From an uncultured Eubacteriales bacterium (lineage in GTDB: Bacteria; Acidobacteriota; Aminicenantia; Aminicenantales; Aminicenantaceae): a stretch of 64,000 nt of DNA. The stretch covers positions 10,896 through 74,895 of the forward strand of contig CAYFWF010000059.1 of assembly GCA_964346815.1 (NCBI GenBank). The letters are read 5' to 3'. Below, piece by piece: positions 45,856 to 55,938 of this stretch; the stretch's first letter is position 1; each line of letters begins with the position of its first letter. Made by a program: the position numbers and the translations under genes. The notes under the pieces are model-generated. The model searched no databases and was not told the DNA's origin. It saw only the letters and a program-made list of their open reading frames with translations.

Positions 45856-46254
45856 TTTTTTCTCCCTAAAATTGAGTCAATAATCGTAGCTAAGATAACT
45901 GACTTTGTCAACGGAAAATTATGCGGCTCTCTTCCATTTTGTGCGGGTTAACTCTAATGGAAAAAGCTATCAGATATGTCTGCAGCGGCATTGAGGATCT
46001 AGCCTTCCCGATTCTCCTTGGAGGGGAAACTGACTCCCCCCTTCCAACGCTCCCTCCGCTCGCTGCCTCCCCTTCTCGGGCTTCGCCCTGCGACCAAGGG
46101 AACATACCCCCCTGGAACCCCCAACAACGTTTCTCCAAACGCCGTCGTCCTTCGAGGGAATCCGACAAAGTCGGACGGCGAGGATGTATTGAGCTCGACT
46201 TTACCAAAGGCTCAATGATCCTATGGCCGGAGACAGGAAAGATCCTCTTCCTGT

Positions 46255-48087
46255 TTATGACTTAATCCAGAGAGAATCCTCTGCTTTATCAAGTTGTGAG
46301 CGGCTCGAGTCTGGAAGGTTTCGGTACCAAGTGATCCGCAGGATAAAAACAGCAGTCAATCCAATGCCGAGGCAGATCAGCGAGTTGTTATACCAATGCC
46401 CCACCAGATACATCGGGAATAGATAAAAGGAGGCTATCGCAATCATTCCCAAAAGAACATTCAGAATGGTGATCCAGACATTTTCTGAGCGAGAAACGCT
46501 GACTCCAGGAAGAATTCTCGAGATTCCCTTGACCGGCCTCCAAAAGCCAAAGGGGCGGACCGATCGGTAAAAAGAAAGAAGAACTTTCTTCTCGACCGGA
46601 CGAGTGAGGAGGGATCCAAAAATGCTCAAAAGAAGAGACACGATGACGATAAAAGGAAACACAAACAAGGCTTGCCATGTATCGAAGAACAGGGCCATTA
46701 TGGAAAGGCACATTCCTCCCAACGTGCCCCACGCATACCCCCAACCATTCATCCGCCACCAGTACCAGCGGAGAACATTGGGTATGACGATTCCTGCACC
46801 CAGGGTGACCATCATCCAGTTCCAAATTTCGGCGATCGACCGGCTCTGAAAGCCAATGATCAAACCCAATACAACCAGGCATACCGTGGCCAGGTAGCTG
46901 AATCGAACGGCTTGTTTCTCTGTGGCACTGGGACGAATGTACGGCTGCCAGATGTCGCGCACGATGAAAGATGCCCCGCTATTGACTGTGGAACTGAAGG
47001 TGGACATGAAAGCGGCCAGCAGCCCTGCAATGACGATTCCTCTTATTCCTACAGGGAGATAGTCGCGCAGAACAAGGGGCATCACTTTCTCAGAATCCGT
47101 GATTCCGAGCACTCCAGTTAAAGCAAGAAGCGCGATCCCCATCACCATGGCCCAGCGCACGATAAGAAAGGCACTCCATGAAGCACCTACTTTGGCTGCA
47201 TCCCGGTCATCTCGGGCGGCCAGGAAACGCTGGAAGTCATACATCTGCGCCGGTCCGCCTGCATTCATCAACAGTCCTTTCAGCACCCAGATGATGACAA
47301 GCGCACCGAAAAATTCGAATTGGGCATTCTCCGTGCCAGCAAAACCCGAAATCCGCCATGGGACATGTAAAGAAGCGAAGCCTTCGGGCAGATGGCTCAA
47401 AACCTCAGGATTAAGCTCGGCCCAAGCAATGGCAGCGATAATCAAGCTGCTCAGGGTGAGAACGACAGTCTGAACTACGTCAGTGACGACAACGCTGAAG
47501 AGACCACCTAAAACCACATAAAGTGTGGTAATGCCTATGATGATGATTGCCAGGAACGCCGCTTTGTGTTCCGTTAAAAGGGCATAAATCCAGGGATTCT
47601 CTACCTTTGATGCCAAAGACTCCAGAGGGATATAAACAGAGGCAAATTTTCCGATCCCTTGAAAAGCGTAGCCTATAAAGCTGGCTAAAGTAAGAATAGC
47701 CATCAAAGCATAGGCGGTGCGGGCCACTCGACCTGCTGTTCCATCGCCAAAGCGTATCTTCATCCACTCTGCTGCGGTCATCACGTTCGAGCGGCGCACC
47801 CACTTTCCCATATAAGACAGGAAAAAAGCTCCCATCAGGAATCCCCACATCCAATGATGCCACATGGATTTCATTCCCAAAACGAAAAGGATGGAAACGA
47901 TCCACATGGTGCCCGTGATGTCAAAATTGGATACCGAGCCAGACATGGACAGCAACAGCCAGTGAAATTTCTTTGCCCCTAAGAAGTAAGAGTCGAGACT
48001 TCTGGAGGCCCGCTTTTTGTACCAGAAGCCCAATCCTATCACCACCCCGAAATAGAAGACGATGATGCCCGCATCTAAAATCGTCAT
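46255..48087 (-). CDS. sodium:solute symporter (SSS) family transporter
   Basis: There are 13-14 predicted TM helices. The N-terminus ILDAGIIVFYFGVVIGLGFW and the length are typical of SSS transporters. I chose the ATG at 48087. The ORF track uses the TTG at 48099. Confidence 0.75.
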   Translation of the reverse strand: MTILDAGIIVFYFGVVIGLGFWYKKRASRSLDSYFLGAKKFHWLLLSMSGSVSNFDITGTMWIVSILFVLGMKSMWHHWMWGFLMGAFFLSYMGKWVRRSNVMTAAEWMKIRFGDGTAGRVARTAYALMAILTLASFIGYAFQGIGKFASVYIPLESLASKVENPWIYALLTEHKAAFLAIIIIGITTLYVVLGGLFSVVVTDVVQTVVLTLSSLIIAAIAWAELNPEVLSHLPEGFASLHVPWRISGFAGTENAQFEFFGALVIIWVLKGLLMNAGGPAQMYDFQRFLAARDDRDAAKVGASWSAFLIVRWAMVMGIALLALTGVLGITDSEKVMPLVLRDYLPVGIRGIVIAGLLAAFMSTFSSTVNSGASFIVRDIWQPYIRPSATEKQAVRFSYLATVCLVVLGLIIGFQSRSIAEIWNWMMVTLGAGIVIPNVLRWYWWRMNGWGYAWGTLGGMCLSIMALFFDTWQALFVFPFIVIVSLLLSIFGSLLTRPVEKKVLLSFYRSVRPFGFWRPVKGISRILPGVSVSRSENVWITILNVLLGMIAIASFYLFPMYLVGHWYNNSLICLGIGLTAVFILRITWYRNLPDSSRSQLDKAEDSLWIKS

Positions 48088-48101
48088 GTTCTCTCTCAAT
48101 A

Positions 48102-49373
48102 TTAGGAGGTTCTGTTAACAGCACCGAACATAGCGGCAACATTCTCTGGGGGTACATCAGCCAGGATGTTATGCACCTGCTGGAATACGAATCCGCCTCC
48201 TGGTTTGAGCAGCATCACTTGCCCTTCGGCATGGGCAGCGACTCGATCGGGAGATGCACGAGGCAGGACATCACGCGTATCGCATCCGCCACCCCAAAGG
48301 CATATTTTCCCGCCATACTCTGCTTTCAATTCGGCCGGATTCATACCCGCTGCATTGACCTGGACAGGATTGATAGCATCCAAGCCCGCATTGATGAGGT
48401 CATCCAACAGTTCGCGGACTCCGCCGCAGCAATGAAGCATGACTTTGACATCGGCCAGCTCTTTTGAGCGCTGCCAAAGCCTCTGATGGTACGGTTTGAT
48501 CATCTTACGGTACATATGGGGAGATATCAGAGGGCCGGTCTGCCCTCCCAGGTCATCCCCAAAAACGATGATGTCGATGTAAGGACCCACGGCCCCCAGC
48601 CATTTTTCCAGGTTTTCCAGATGCAGGGCACAGAGTTTTTCAGAAAAACGGGTGACCTGATCAGGAAAAAGGCCCAAATACATCAAATAATTATCGTTTC
48701 TGAACAGCATCTGAGGGATCTCAAACATGTTCCCTCCAAAAAGTCCGAGGATGGCCCGATCTGTCGATTGCCGGAGATTTTTGGCTCGAAGGGCCATTTC
48801 TGCGAGTCCCTCTTCATCCAAAGGCAGATGTCCGCCCGGGCTGGCCACGCCGGTCCAGACTGTCTGGGAGAGGACTTCTTCTAAATCCGAAAAATCATCA
48901 TCTGCAAACGTCCGGTCCATCAGTGGAAAATATGTCTGCTCGAAATACAGAAATCCTTTTCTTTGAACAGCTAGCTCCTTTCCCTCCTCTGTTAGAAGCA
49001 GCCAATCCCCGCCTCGCTGATCAACCTTAATATAGCGGGGAATTTTACAGGGAGTTCCATCCGGCAAGATCCAATCTTTCCAGTCTTTCTCCTCCAGCAA
49101 AAATCCTCTTCCCATCTCGATGGTATCCACCCCGAACAAATCCAGCACGTCGTCGTCTACGATGGCCAGCTGCTGGATCATATCGTAAACCCGAACCGGC
49201 ATAGTAGGAAGGCCCAAGTGCTGGCGGAGTTTTGGGTAAATCAAAGCCGCAATCCCCGAGGAACGATGTCCGGAAAAATCGATGGGAACTCTATCTGTTT
49301 CAACATTTGACAAGGCAGCGAGGATCCTCTCTCTCGAAGTCATTTCATGAAAGTATACCTCATCCGAAAACAT
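48102..49373 (-). CDS. uroporphyrinogen decarboxylase (URO-D)-fold family protein, not the haem-pathway enzyme
   Basis: The motif MTSRERILAAL..ETDRVPID and the C-terminal TIM-barrel blocks (MLHCCGGVRELLDDLINAGLDAINPVQ) resemble the URO-D/MtaA-like family. The stop lies 2-14 nt from the start of the SSS gene. Confidence 0.55.
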   Translation of the reverse strand: MFSDEVYFHEMTSRERILAALSNVETDRVPIDFSGHRSSGIAALIYPKLRQHLGLPTMPVRVYDMIQQLAIVDDDVLDLFGVDTIEMGRGFLLEEKDWKDWILPDGTPCKIPRYIKVDQRGGDWLLLTEEGKELAVQRKGFLYFEQTYFPLMDRTFADDDFSDLEEVLSQTVWTGVASPGGHLPLDEEGLAEMALRAKNLRQSTDRAILGLFGGNMFEIPQMLFRNDNYLMYLGLFPDQVTRFSEKLCALHLENLEKWLGAVGPYIDIIVFGDDLGGQTGPLISPHMYRKMIKPYHQRLWQRSKELADVKVMLHCCGGVRELLDDLINAGLDAINPVQVNAAGMNPAELKAEYGGKICLWGGGCDTRDVLPRASPDRVAAHAEGQVMLLKPGGGFVFQQVHNILADVPPENVAAMFGAVNRTS

Positions 49374-49614
49374 CAAGTAAATTCCTTTCTATGCGTTCGG
49401 CACCGCACTTTTTCATAAGGTGCATCAATAAGAACAGAAAAGAGTGAAAACATTTGGAGCTCTTAGGCGTCCTTATCAGTGAGGGAGTAATTCAGTCGGT
49501 TGCTGTATGAAATCACCGTCAAAATCACCCTTAAGGGCTATTTACTCTTATGAGATATTTCACCATAATGAGCATGATTATGCGTGCGATAACATATTAA
49601 AAGGGCAGAATTCT

Positions 49615-49986
49615 ATGGAGATCCGACGCAGGGATAAACGGTTCAAAGAAAAGAACGAAGTCGTAATCCAGTATACTGCTGACAGAAAAAAGATTAGCCG
49701 TTACGAAGAGATCAATGCAACAACTTTCGATCTTTCCATAAGTGGAGCCAGAATCCACTCGAAAAAATCCTTTCCCGTAGATACGGTCTTGAGAATCAGG
49801 ATCGATCTGAAAAAATCAAACCAGGTTGTCAAAGTCGACGGGAAAGTCAAATGGGTAGAAAAAATGAGCGGCGAGGACTTCTATGAAATAGGTGTGGAGT
49901 TTCTGCATGATATTTCAAAAACGATCCTATCCCTGCTCAGGCATCTGTATGGAGAAGACAGAGGTATTCCTTCCACAGTGACATAA
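49615..49986 (+). CDS. stand-alone PilZ domain protein (c-di-GMP receptor candidate)
   Basis: Both PilZ motifs are present: RxxxR in RRRDKR and D/NxSxxG in DLSISG. I chose the ATG at 49615. The upstream 36 codons in the ORF track show no homology-like features. Confidence 0.7.
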   Translation: MEIRRRDKRFKEKNEVVIQYTADRKKISRYEEINATTFDLSISGARIHSKKSFPVDTVLRIRIDLKKSNQVVKVDGKVKWVEKMSGEDFYEIGVEFLHDISKTILSLLRHLYGEDRGIPSTVT

Positions 49987-50342
49987 CCGCCCGCTGTTAG
50001 AGAGTCCGTTATTTCATTTGAGCAGAGCTTTCCCCTCCTTGTCCAGAAGTCAATAAGATATACATCCTGTTCCTTCTTCTGTCGCTCCTGAAATCAGGAT
50101 ATTGTCTTCTGGCGAAAGGGAAAGTCCGATCCCGGCGGAGACGAATGTCTTCATTTCCCTTTCGTCTTCTTTTCTTTTCGATTGAATATACTCGATTTTC
50201 GGAAAAAAATATTATCATTTTCCTGACTTGCACGAATGATCCTCTATGGCATGCTGCCCGATTGGATATTTTGAAATACATGCGATATGATTTATGATTA
50301 TAGAAACTCATGGATCCTTTATCGAATATGAGGAGTGTGAAC

Positions 50343-52466
50343 ATGGTTAAACATGCTTTGATTCTGGCCTGCGTGGCACTGCTTCTTTTTTCTTGTTCGA
50401 AAGAATCCGAGGAGGAACCTCTGGAAACGGCTCTCTTCAATCCGTTCTTCGAAGAATGGGAAACGCCCTTCGGAGTCCCTCCGTTCGAACAAATCAAGGA
50501 AGAGCATTACATGCCTGCCTTCGAAGAGGGAATGAAACAGCAGAAGCTGGAAATAGAGGCCATCGTCAACAACAGCGATCCCCCAACTTTCGAAAACACT
50601 GTGGAAGCTTTAGACCGAACCGGGGATCTCCTCACCAAAGTAGAGAACGTTTTCAACAACCTGACCAGTGCCCATACCAATTCAGAACTTCAAGAAGTCG
50701 AGGCAAAGGTCAAACCTCTGATGGCCCAGCACAACGACGATATCAATCTTAATGAAAATCTGTTCCGAAGGATTAAGGCCGTATACAATCAGAAGGAGAT
50801 CCTTGGTTTGAATCCCGAACAGAGCATGCTGTTGGAAAAGACCTACCAGGAATTTGTCAGAGGGGGGGCGAACCTGGGCGATGAAAAGAAATTCAGGTTT
50901 CGAGAAATCAACGAAGAGCTTTCCGTCCTCTCTGTGAAGTTCGACAAAAACGTCCTGGACGAGACCAACATCTTCGATTTGGTGATCGAAAAGGAAGAAG
51001 ACCTGGCCGGGCTCCCCCCATCGGTCATCACCGCCGCATCCGAAGCAGCAGAAGAACGAGGACATGATGGAAAATGGGTCATCACTCTTCATAAACCCAG
51101 TTTTATTCCCTTCCTCCAGTACTCCGAAAAAAGAAGCCTCAGGGAGAAAGTGTTCAAGGCCTTTGCTAATCTGTGCAACAACGATAACGAGTTCGACAAC
51201 AAAAAGATCGTTTCCAGGACAGCCGCTCTCCGCACAGAAAGGGCTCATCTTCTAGGATATCAAACCCACGCTGATTTTATCTTGCAAGAAAATATGGCCA
51301 AGGATGCCGACAGGGTCTATGCTTTTCTCGAACAGATATGGAAGCCCGCCCTAGCCAAGGCGAAAGAAGAAGCCAGAGAACTGCAGGCAATGATCGAGAA
51401 AGAGGGGGGTGATTTCAAACTAAGGCCTTGGGACTGGTGGTTCTATGCGGAAAAGGTCAAGAAAGCCAAATACGACCTCGACGACAGCACCTTAAGGCCT
51501 TATTTCAAGCTCGAGAATGTCCGACAGGGCGCCTTCGAGGTGGCGAATAAACTCTGGGGTATCACCTTCCACGAACTCGAAGACATGCCCAAGTATCATC
51601 AGGATGTAAGGGTATTGGAAGTCAGGGATGCCGATGGTTCTCACATCGGCATCCTTTATGTGGATTATTTTCCCAGGGCCAGCAAACAGGGCGGTGCCTG
51701 GATGAACGCCTATCGCGAACAGTTCCGGGTGAATGGAAAGGATATCCGTCCCGTGATCGTGAATGTCGGCAATTTTACAAAGCCTACCGCAGACACCCCC
51801 TCCCTTATCAGTTTCGATCATGCCTTGACTCTTTTCCATGAACTCGGACATGCCCTCCATGGACTTCTTTCCGACTGCACCTATGAAAAACTATCGGGAA
51901 CAAATGTGTCTCGGGACTTTGTAGAACTTCCTTCTCAAATCATGGAAAATTGGGCCTCTGCACCAGAGGTCATCAAGTCCTATGCACGGCATTACGAAAC
52001 CGGCGAACCAATCCCGGATGAGCTGCTCGAGAAGATAAAAAAGTCGAGCCATTTCAACCAAGGATTTGCCACGGTCGAATACTTGGCTTCCTCTTTTCTG
52101 GATATGGACTGGCACACTCTGAGCCAAGCCAAAGAAATGGATTGCGCAGAATTTGAAATCGCGTCCATGGAAAAAATCGGCCTCATCCCAGAGATCATCC
52201 CCAGATGGAGAAGCACTTACTTCGGGCACATTTTCGCCGGAGGCTATTCCTCTGGCTACTACAGCTACATCTGGGCAGAGGTTTTGGACTCTGACGCATT
52301 CGAGGCGTTCAAGGAAACCGGTCTTTTTGACCGGGAAACCGCCCATTCTTTCCGTGAGAACATTCTGGAACGGGGAGGGACAGAAGATCCTATGATCCTT
52401 TATCTGCGCTTCCGGGGGTCCGAACCTGAAATCGAACCCCTGCTGAAAAAAAGAGGACTCCTCTAG
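50343..52466 (+). CDS. dcp: M3-family peptidyl-dipeptidase (Dcp-like), lipoprotein
   Basis: It has the zinc motif HELGHALH and a downstream E in FVELPSQ. Its length is typical of M3A peptidases. The ATG at 50343 follows AGGAG, and a lipobox is present (LLLFSCS). Confidence 0.85.
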   Translation: MVKHALILACVALLLFSCSKESEEEPLETALFNPFFEEWETPFGVPPFEQIKEEHYMPAFEEGMKQQKLEIEAIVNNSDPPTFENTVEALDRTGDLLTKVENVFNNLTSAHTNSELQEVEAKVKPLMAQHNDDINLNENLFRRIKAVYNQKEILGLNPEQSMLLEKTYQEFVRGGANLGDEKKFRFREINEELSVLSVKFDKNVLDETNIFDLVIEKEEDLAGLPPSVITAASEAAEERGHDGKWVITLHKPSFIPFLQYSEKRSLREKVFKAFANLCNNDNEFDNKKIVSRTAALRTERAHLLGYQTHADFILQENMAKDADRVYAFLEQIWKPALAKAKEEARELQAMIEKEGGDFKLRPWDWWFYAEKVKKAKYDLDDSTLRPYFKLENVRQGAFEVANKLWGITFHELEDMPKYHQDVRVLEVRDADGSHIGILYVDYFPRASKQGGAWMNAYREQFRVNGKDIRPVIVNVGNFTKPTADTPSLISFDHALTLFHELGHALHGLLSDCTYEKLSGTNVSRDFVELPSQIMENWASAPEVIKSYARHYETGEPIPDELLEKIKKSSHFNQGFATVEYLASSFLDMDWHTLSQAKEMDCAEFEIASMEKIGLIPEIIPRWRSTYFGHIFAGGYSSGYYSYIWAEVLDSDAFEAFKETGLFDRETAHSFRENILERGGTEDPMILYLRFRGSEPEIEPLLKKRGLL

Positions 52467-52472
52467 AACGAT

Positions 52473-53450
52473 TCACTCGGAGAGGACTTTTTTCAGCTCC
52501 TCCTTCAGGGGCGGAATGACCTGGAAAAGGTCACCGACTATCCCGAAATCTGCCACCTTGAAGATGGGGGCGTCAGGATCCTTGTTTACCGCAATGATGT
52601 ATTTGGATGAAGACATCCCAGCCAGATGCTGTATGGCTCCTGAGATTCCAAAAGCCATATAGAGATTCGGAGAGACCGTCTTTCCTGTTTGTCCTACCTG
52701 GTGCTGGTGATCGATCCATTGGGCATCCACCGCTGACCGGGATGCTCCGAGTGAGGCATGGGGAAGGAGAGAGATCAATTCTCGCAACATGTCAAAATTC
52801 TCAGGTCCCTTCATACCCCTTCCTCCTGAGACGATGATATCCGCTTCAGTCACATCCAGTTCACCGCCTTCTGCTCTAACCACTTCTTCAACCTTATCCT
52901 TGATTTGAGCTTCAGGAACCACAACCTCCTTTTTAATGGTTTCTCCTCCCTTTTCAACTGGATCGCTAAGGGGAAAAACATTAGGCCTTAAGGAGGCCAT
53001 TTGAGGGGTGGATTTGAAGGCAAAACTTGCAAACGCTTTACCTGCGAAGATCGGCCGAACCACCTCCAGCTTTCCATCCTTTATGCTGGTTTGAGTGCAA
53101 TCTGAAGCCAGGCTGACGCCCAATTTTGCGGCCAGACGCGGTGCCAGATCTTTTCCCATGGAGGTAGCTGCAAAAAGAATGACCTCTGGCTTTATTTCCT
53201 CTACTAGAGAGAGAAAAGCCTGTGTATATCCAGAAGGAGAATAGTGACTGAGGAGAGAGTTCTCGAGAATATAGACCTTGGAAGCCCCGAAGCGGGAAGC
53301 TTCGGCCGCAAGGTCCTCCAAGCCATGGCCAACCAAAACCGCAGCCGTCTCCGTCCCCAAACTTTCCCCTCTTCTTTGAGCCTCTGACAAAACCTCCAAA
53401 GAAGATTTTTTGATTTTATCCTCACGAACTTCCATATATACAAGTATCAT
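52473..53450 (-). CDS. etfA: electron transfer flavoprotein, alpha subunit
   Basis: The C-terminal FAD-binding block is IVSGGRGMKGPENF...LGASRSAVDAQW...QVGQTGKTVSPNLYMAFGISGAIQHLAGM. The ATG at 53450 lies 5 nt after GAGGAGG. Confidence 0.9.
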   Translation of the reverse strand: MILVYMEVREDKIKKSSLEVLSEAQRRGESLGTETAAVLVGHGLEDLAAEASRFGASKVYILENSLLSHYSPSGYTQAFLSLVEEIKPEVILFAATSMGKDLAPRLAAKLGVSLASDCTQTSIKDGKLEVVRPIFAGKAFASFAFKSTPQMASLRPNVFPLSDPVEKGGETIKKEVVVPEAQIKDKVEEVVRAEGGELDVTEADIIVSGGRGMKGPENFDMLRELISLLPHASLGASRSAVDAQWIDHQHQVGQTGKTVSPNLYMAFGISGAIQHLAGMSSSKYIIAVNKDPDAPIFKVADFGIVGDLFQVIPPLKEELKKVLSE

Positions 53451-53462
53451 CACGTCCTCCTC

Positions 53463-54245
53463 TTAAATAACCTTGGCGTCCTTATGTAAGAATTCTACAA
53501 GCTTTCTGGCCGCCGCATCCGGTTCATCTTCGATGATTTGTCCTGCCTGTCTCGTGGGTGGACTTTCCATGTTGACCATCTCCAATTGGGGAGCGATCTC
53601 CTCTGGCTGAAGCTCCAATTCCTCCAGAGTGATCACAGGAATGTCCTTCCTTTTTGCCGCCATGATTCCCCTCAAGGTCTCATAGCGGGGTTCATTCAAT
53701 CCCTTCTGGGCGCTAATCACAGCGGGCAGCGGAAAAGTGACTTTCTCAACCGCCCCCTCGATTTCTCTATGAGCTGTCCCAGAGTTCCCTTCTAGCACGA
53801 GCTCTGTCACGACATTTACCTGAGGTAAATCCAGAAGAGCGGCCACCATGGACGGGACTTGAGCACTGTCTGCACCAACAGACTGTTTGCCGAACAGAAG
53901 CAAATCGTAGTCCGGGTGTTTTTTGGTAAGAGCTTGAGCAATGATCTTGGCTGTATGCAGGGCATCATATGTTTCTCCGCTATCATCCTTGATAAGAACT
54001 GCCTCATCAGCTCCCATAGCCAAGCATTTCTTCAATATCGTCTTCGTTTCTTCGGAGCCGACCGAAAACACCGTCACCTGGCCTCCCTTTGCTTCTCTGA
54101 TCCGCAGGGCTTCTTCAACGGCATACTCGTCATACGGATTCACGACAAAGTTCAGACCTTCTTCAACGATACTCTTCTTCTCGTGATTTATTTTGATTTT
54201 TGATTCTGTATCAGGAACCCTTTTAACAAATACGAATACATTCAA
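53463..54245 (-). CDS. etfB: electron transfer flavoprotein, beta subunit
   Basis: The TTG start at 54245 lies 5 nt after AAGGAGG and gives (M)NVFVFVKRVPDT, a typical EtfB N-terminus. The block LLLFGKQSVGADSAQV is also present. Confidence 0.88.
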   Translation of the reverse strand: MNVFVFVKRVPDTESKIKINHEKKSIVEEGLNFVVNPYDEYAVEEALRIREAKGGQVTVFSVGSEETKTILKKCLAMGADEAVLIKDDSGETYDALHTAKIIAQALTKKHPDYDLLLFGKQSVGADSAQVPSMVAALLDLPQVNVVTELVLEGNSGTAHREIEGAVEKVTFPLPAVISAQKGLNEPRYETLRGIMAAKRKDIPVITLEELELQPEEIAPQLEMVNMESPPTRQAGQIIEDEPDAAARKLVEFLHKDAKVI

Positions 54246-54359
54246 TACGTCCTCCTTAAATCTGGATTGATCTTTCACTTTGGATATTATATACAAACAC
54301 CGTTTGAAACGATTCTTAATCAGAAAAAATGCCCAAAGTAAAATGCTGATCCCTAATCA

Positions 54360-55634
54360 TTATTCATCAAAGCGTTTAAACACCAAAGATCCATTCGTCC
54401 CTCCAAAACCAAAGGAATTGCTCAATGCATATCGGACTTCAGCAGGACGAGATTTGTTCGCCACATAATCCAGGTCGCACTCTGGATCAGGACTCTCGTA
54501 ATTGACGGTCGGCGGCATGATCTGCTCTCTCAGAGAGAGTGCCGAGACGGCTGCTTCCAGACCTCCTGCAGCACCGAGGAGGTGCCCGGTCATGGATTTG
54601 GTAGAATTCACCCCGATCTTATAGGCGTGGCCGCCGAATAATCTCTTTATGGCAAGGGTTTCGATCTTATCGTTGTAAGGAGTGGATGTGCCGTGTGCGT
54701 TTATGTAATCGATTTCCTCCGTATGGATGCCGCCATCCTCCAATGCTCTCTTCATCGATTGATAGGCTCCTTCTCCATCCAATCTGGGCGCTGATACATG
54801 ATAGGCGTCTCCGCTCATGCCATAGCCGACAATCTCGGCATAAATCCGGGCTCCCCGTTTCAACGCCATTCCCAATTCCTCAAGGATGAGAACCCCGGCT
54901 CCTTCTGCGATAATAAATCCGTCCCGTTGGGCATCGAAGGGACGGGAGGCTTTATGAGGTGCGTCATTCCGCACCGAAAGCGCCCGCATAGAGCAAAAAC
55001 CCGCCAGCCCCAAAGGAGTTATAGGTGCCTCTGCTCCGCCAGCGATCATTACATCTGCATCTCCTCTGGCTATTATGCGGAAGGAATCACCCACAGCATG
55101 GGTGCTGGTCGTACAGGCTGTGGCTGTTGCTGAGTTCGGTCCTATAGCCTTATACTTGATGGAAATCTGGCCGGCGGCCTCGTTGATTATGGAAGAGATC
55201 AGAAAGAACGGCGAAACCCGGCTCGGTCCTTTTTCGAGCAAAATCGTATGTTGATCCTCGATCGCTCCAATACCCCCGATTCCAGATCCGATGTACACGC
55301 CGGTCCTCTCTCCCTCCAGCATATTTCTCGGGATGATTGAATCTTCAACAGCCAAATGGGCGGCTGCGATGGCATACTGGATGAATGGATCCATCTTCCG
55401 GACTTCTTTTTTGTCGATGAAGGAAAGAGGATCGAACTCCTTGACCTCTCCTGCAATCTGGCTGGAAAATTCAGATGCATCGAACTTGGTGATACGACCG
55501 ATTCCGCTCTCGCCTGCCAAGAAGGCCCTCCAATTTCTCTCCATGCCAACACCAAGGGGAGAGACGAGGCCCAGCCCAGTCACAACAACTCGCCGCAAAG
55601 AGATTTGTCTGGTGGAAAAATTGGAATGTGTCAT
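54360..55634 (-). CDS. fabF: 3-oxoacyl-[ACP] synthase II
   Basis: The N-terminal block is RRVVVTGLGLVSPLG. The active-site Cys lies in ATACTTSTHAVG. The His blocks are INAHGTSTP and GHLLGAAG. Confidence 0.92.
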   Translation of the reverse strand: MTHSNFSTRQISLRRVVVTGLGLVSPLGVGMERNWRAFLAGESGIGRITKFDASEFSSQIAGEVKEFDPLSFIDKKEVRKMDPFIQYAIAAAHLAVEDSIIPRNMLEGERTGVYIGSGIGGIGAIEDQHTILLEKGPSRVSPFFLISSIINEAAGQISIKYKAIGPNSATATACTTSTHAVGDSFRIIARGDADVMIAGGAEAPITPLGLAGFCSMRALSVRNDAPHKASRPFDAQRDGFIIAEGAGVLILEELGMALKRGARIYAEIVGYGMSGDAYHVSAPRLDGEGAYQSMKRALEDGGIHTEEIDYINAHGTSTPYNDKIETLAIKRLFGGHAYKIGVNSTKSMTGHLLGAAGGLEAAVSALSLREQIMPPTVNYESPDPECDLDYVANKSRPAEVRYALSNSFGFGGTNGSLVFKRFDE

Positions 55635-55650
55635 CAAAAGGCCTTGGAAC

Positions 55651-55899
55651 TTATTTTTTCGACAGATGCTCTAGGACATAATCCATCGCCTTCCCGACTG
55701 TGGTCATCTTTTCTGCGTCTTCATCAGGGATGTCCATATCGAATTCATCCTCAAGGGCCATAACGAGCTCTACCGTATCCAGCGAATCGGCTCCTAAGTC
55801 GTCAATAAACGAGGCATCTTCAGTGACTTGATCCTCACCGATGCTCAGCTTGTCGGAGACGATGGCCTTTATTTTTTTCAGCAGCTCTTCTCTTTCCAT
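55651..55899 (-). CDS. acpP: acyl carrier protein
   Basis: The phosphopantetheine attachment motif is present ([17 protein letters not shown]). The product is 82 aa. Confidence 0.95.
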   Translation of the reverse strand: MEREELLKKIKAIVSDKLSIGEDQVTEDASFIDDLGADSLDTVELVMALEDEFDMDIPDEDAEKMTTVGKAMDYVLEHLSKK

Positions 55900-55938
55900 C
55901 TTGTCCTCCTCTTTTTATTTATTTTCAAATTAACGGGG

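Noticed and set aside
45856-46254. A known housekeeping RNA (SRP/4.5S, RNase P, 6S or tmRNA) in the GC-rich spacer.
   Set aside because: I could not find the conserved cores I know on either strand: the SRP GGAA tetraloop with AGCA/GGAAG flanks, the RNase P GAGGAAAGUCC motif, or a tmRNA tag ORF with an alanine acceptor. The spacer is left as unexplained in the findings.
50009-50497. A 162-aa minus-strand ORF filling the PilZ-dcp spacer.
   Set aside because: Its composition is R/S/G-rich, it has no RBS, it overlaps the dcp start region and lipoprotein signal on the other strand, and it has no recognisable motifs.
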